Source: Somniosus microcephalus (Eukaryota). Taken from it: a stretch of 64,000 bases of DNA. Of this stretch, positions 59,824 to 64,000 are shown in pieces; the first letter of the stretch is position 1, and every line of letters starts with the position of its first letter. The stretch spans positions 59,334,001 to 59,398,000 of the forward strand of contig CM126222.1 in NCBI GenBank assembly GCA_052327205.1. Direction: 5' to 3'. The translations under genes were made by a program, and so were the position numbers. Below the pieces are notes generated by a model. It was not told where the DNA came from. It made no database searches and saw only the letters and a list, made by a program, of their open reading frames with translations.

Positions 59824-62800
59824 GCAGATAAACACCAAAGGTTGACAGGAGTTAATATTAAAACAGCATAGGTCTTCACAAATATTGTTTGTCAAAAAAT
59901 TAAACGTGGTTGCTGCCGTTAACACATAGGAAATGCGAGGCACAGGAAACAGTAGACCGACATCCAGTTTCATCGTGTCCTGTGCCAGAGGCTGAGCCCC
60001 TTCTTGCGCATGCCCGGGGAGTTGAACGAGTGACAGGGCATCTTTGACAGCAAGCCTATTTGTCTTTAAAACCATCGGGAGCTTTGAAGAGCTTGTATAT
60101 GTTTTATGAGTCAGACACAACACAAACATTTGACATGGGCTTTGATGTAATAGGCAGAGCCGTAAACTGTGCAACATTTACGTCAGAGAAAAAAAAATCT
60201 CCCCACTTTGATTCGGTCTACTTTGATAGTGTGTGCAGGATTCCTTTTTAAGGTAGTCAAAAGAGATCTTTAAAGTGTTGTGCACCTATCCAGCTGATTT
60301 CTGTTTAGAACACCTCAGATAAGACCCTTTGCTCGCAGAGCAACTTTATCCCTAGTTCATCCTTATTATTGTTTTGTTCGACTCTTTTTCAAAACGAGCT
60401 CCTGCTCAGCCCAGATTGAGTTGATCTTATTACATTTACTGTGTGAAAAGTTGCATATATACTGGAAGATTTTTGCCTGGTCCAGTCTCCACATTTTTCT
60501 TTTCGCGTGGCGGTTCGATCACCCACGCTTTCAGAATGTCCATTTTAAATATAACAAATTATATAATTACTAACCGGACAAGGTTAAATGTTGGCGTTTT
60601 ATTTAATTTGGCTGTACTTTCTCAACAAGATAAAACTTAGTCCAGACATTTCAAGAAAGCAGTTCTACTTTATGTTAACGATTGCATGCCATACAATGCA
60701 TTTTAAGCAAGTTCAGGAGTTTCTTGCCTTGTGTGAGAAATATTGGCTTCACTGTTAGGGAAGAGTTTTTAAAACAAACTTGGACACAGAGCCACCTTAA
60801 ACGGCGTGGCAGTATCACCTTGTCGACTCTGAAAATTGTCCAGTCACTGTTAACACTCTTACAATGGGAGCATTGTTATTAGGTAGGTTTCAATCAGTGA
60901 TATCGTATTAAACTGAGAGAGAACTGAACAGAAACTAGGTTTCAGCTTAACATTCAGTCCAAAGGTCAGAGAGAGAGAGAGAGAGAGAAACTCTATAGAG
61001 ATTAAGGTCGAGAAAATTCGTGGTTTGGGAAAGCAACTAAAATTAAACCGATTTCTGAACTAATTCTAATTCACACCATGCAACACGTTACGCAGAAATA
61101 ACACTGGTTAAAAAGGTGTTTATTGGGGTGAAATACTGCTTTGGTGTTTATCTGCACCCGAGTATTGAACTGCTGTGGCTGTGCAGGATTACAATAAAGA
61201 TCCTGACCCATGCCCGTCCCGTGTCTTATCTGCTTTTTAGCGTGTGTTTGAAGATGCAGTATTAACCGGGACGAGTATTTGATATTTGACATCAGGATTA
61301 CACTTCCGCCTGTCGTGCAGTAGAATTATACACAAGGAAGAAATGTGCAGAAAAATCAAAGCGCGAACGGTATTATTTTTGTTATACTTGTCATTTCCAT
61401 CCCTACTTTATAATCCTAGAATAACGCACGAAGCAATTCTTTACTGTTCAGGAAGAATAGGCTCTCGTTACAATTTCTGGTGCTCCATGTCGAATGAATT
61501 TTATTACTGAGTCTTGCCCACAAATCCCTCGGAATGGTGATGTGATTTGCTCTGAACATTTCTGCTTGTTACAGTGACTTTAGTGCGACCGTAAGCCAGG
61601 GGACTGGGAGCAATGTGGAATGCGGTATTTCACAGAGACACTGGCGACATATGGACTACCTGTCAGCTGGGCGATGATACGAGCCTCCCCTTGTAACACA
61701 AGTCGTGGTAACCAGATAAAACAAGGACATTTCAAAGCAACACAGAAGAAAATAACAATAATACGGATTCCAATTTAGAACACATGGACAGTATTGCATT
61801 ATTCATCGATTTTAAAACGACTGTTAACATTTTATTCGGGTTTATAAAAGCATTCGCCCTGTGAGTCCCGTTTTCGCCAAGTTACCACAAATCTGTTATG
61901 TAGTCCGGCTATTTATTTTGTTTTCTAAAGTTGTGGAAATATAATTCCTGGGTGTAATACGGGCAGCGCGTGTGGTTGCGGGCACCTGAGCTAATTGGAG
62001 GCTTCTAAATTGTAATCGTTTTCAGATGTCGCTGGCCAAATCCATTTCAAAGCACGCGTCCTGTGTTTTGCAGGGGGGACTTTTGGTCTTCTGCAGCTTG
62101 TAACATTTGTTTATTTACGTTATGTCAGCGCTCCTGCTGAAATGAACCTGAAACACTATATGCCAACACCAGCTTAAAACGAAACAGGGACTTTTCAAAA
62201 TACATACAAACCATTTTCGTTATTATCTCGGTGCCCCCGAGCCGCAAGTTTATTTATATATTCGCTGCGATTCATAATCTCCATTTGTTGCCCCATTAAT
62301 GAACGTGTAATTAAAAGAGTGGTCCCCTCTTCCTCCCTGCTCAACTGTGCGTCCTCTCAGTCACTCAGGTCAAACTTCTGGTTCAAAGTCCACACCATTT
62401 AAAAAAAATAATTCTCCGAAACACGTGGGAGGTTATTTTATAACGTATTGTAACACTTGCGTTTAAAGTTTTTCACATTCCATGTGTTTGTGTAAAGAAT
62501 GGTCCAATTTTTTTGAATTCAGCATTCACCGAATTGTACTCTGGATCTATATTGCTCCTCGTTTGCAATGTTACCGTTTTATGGCTGTGTTTTCTCTTGA
62601 ATTTATCGCGAAATATTGGAAAGTGAAGTTCAATGGCCCACAGCAAAGGCGCGTACAATCTCGAAGCCACGACAAACATTGAATAAGCAAAGGGCACACC
62701 AGGGCAAGATGATGCTTCCCTGACAAGAACATAAATTCATTTTACTTTGAAACCTGTTGTTTCATTTTACTTCTCTTGAATACACGAGAGGCATCCTGAA

Positions 62801-64000
62801 AATAATCGGTGGCGTACGAGAAGCAAGTTAGAAACTTGTAAGTGACGAGTAAATATAAAAAAACACAGTAGAGGCAAACATGCACAACACCGCTGCTAAA
62901 TTTCGGATCACTCTACAGCTATGCACATCGTGAGGTTTAGCTCGAATACTGAAACCTATTTCTTTTTTTTTAAGCAAATCTAATGAAAACACTGGCAATG
63001 TTTTCCGCTCCACATTGCACTCACACAAACTGAGAAGTGCCAGAGACAATCACTTGCCCCATCTCTTCCTCCCGAGGTAGCAATCTTGCTAAAGTCTGAA
63101 CTCTGCTCACAAGCGTTCTGAGCGAGTCGAAAAATAGTGCATTTGAAAAGCGGTTTAACAATTGATTCGATACAATCTGTCAGATTTTTCAGAGCGCTAT
63201 CATTTTTGGGTTGCATTTCAATAATCAGTCACGCCAGAATGTTTCGAAATAGACCAGAAACCCCGCCAAAAAGGAATAACAAGTCGAAAAGCAAGTGAAA
63301 TTGCAAGGTCTTCAGTTGGTGATTAAAAGAGTGGGTCCATGTAAAAGAAAAAAATCAATTATTAGGAACATCAGCAGAATGGAAGCGAAATGGGATTTGT
63401 ATGCCTGCCGCGCAGTGATCTGTGATATTTTGTTGTATCGTTGTCAGGGTATCATGATTTTATTCCAGATGTTGCTTTATTTCCTGGGCAACTTATTTTG
63501 GGAGGCGGAAGAGGGCAAGAGGTGAGGTTGCGCATGCGCCGTCTGCAGGCCAGCCCCGCGACGACACCCATGTGCCGGTGGGGGCAAAGGTGGGAATCCT
63601 TGTTGGAGCAAAAGGCCGGGCAATAAAACAGACCAGAGAAAGATAAAAGGAGTTTGAAGAAAAATAAACATGCATGTATTCTAGGCTTCCACTGTTTATA
63701 ATATTAATGCATATACTTAATGTACTTCTGTACTGGTTTAGCCCCATTATTGAATCGTCAATCAATTAACGATTAATAAGCAAAGATATGAGGCCAGGGA
63801 GTAAAAATGTTGGTGTTGAAGATACAGCAAGTGCCAGTGTTTAGGAATAGCAGCTATACTATTTGATTTTAAAAGAAAATAGCGTCTTAAAACAAGCACA
63901 GCTTCGTATGTTGAAAGGGGGTTGTAATCTGTGTCACTGTTCTGATTATAAATGTGATTTTCATGGTTTCCTTAATGTAACAGCTCTAGAATTGGTTAGC

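Noticed and set aside
1-64000. CRISPR arrays, rRNA or true tRNA genes, prokaryotic operons or defence systems
   Set aside because: No regularly spaced repeat-spacer arrays. The tRNA-like motifs are SINE heads or the PBS, and the sequence is intron-containing vertebrate DNA.

Overview
Eukaryotic genomic DNA from a cartilaginous fish, most likely a shark (inferred from HE1/V-SINE, HER1-type CR1 tails and SacSINE1-type DeuSINEs). The only host protein-coding gene is a complete three-exon SOX9 on the minus strand (CDS 54640-54204, 53181-52928, 52722-51983; 476 aa). It has a CCAAT/ATTGG/TATA-like promoter, a ~1.7 kb 3'UTR and a CpG-rich, apparently transposon-free upstream region. The ~48 kb downstream of SOX9 (positions 1-48.5k) is a gene desert dense in transposable elements. 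It holds a full-length, young but disabled Gypsy LTR retrotransposon (10935-15959, 5-bp TSD CACCT), an internally deleted PIF/Harbinger element flanked by an unusual 184-bp duplication, about ten GG..AATTT-ended MITEs, and CR1, L2 and Rex1 LINE fragments plus several SINE families. Between these lie unique blocks that look like conserved non-coding elements. I found no convincing novel multi-gene system. The best leads are structural: long flanking duplications, a perfect 33-bp repeat upstream of SOX9, TE-derived hairpins and a tRNA-like extended PBS. Family names and comparisons to human SOX9 are from recall and need database confirmation. Boundaries of old repeats are approximate.
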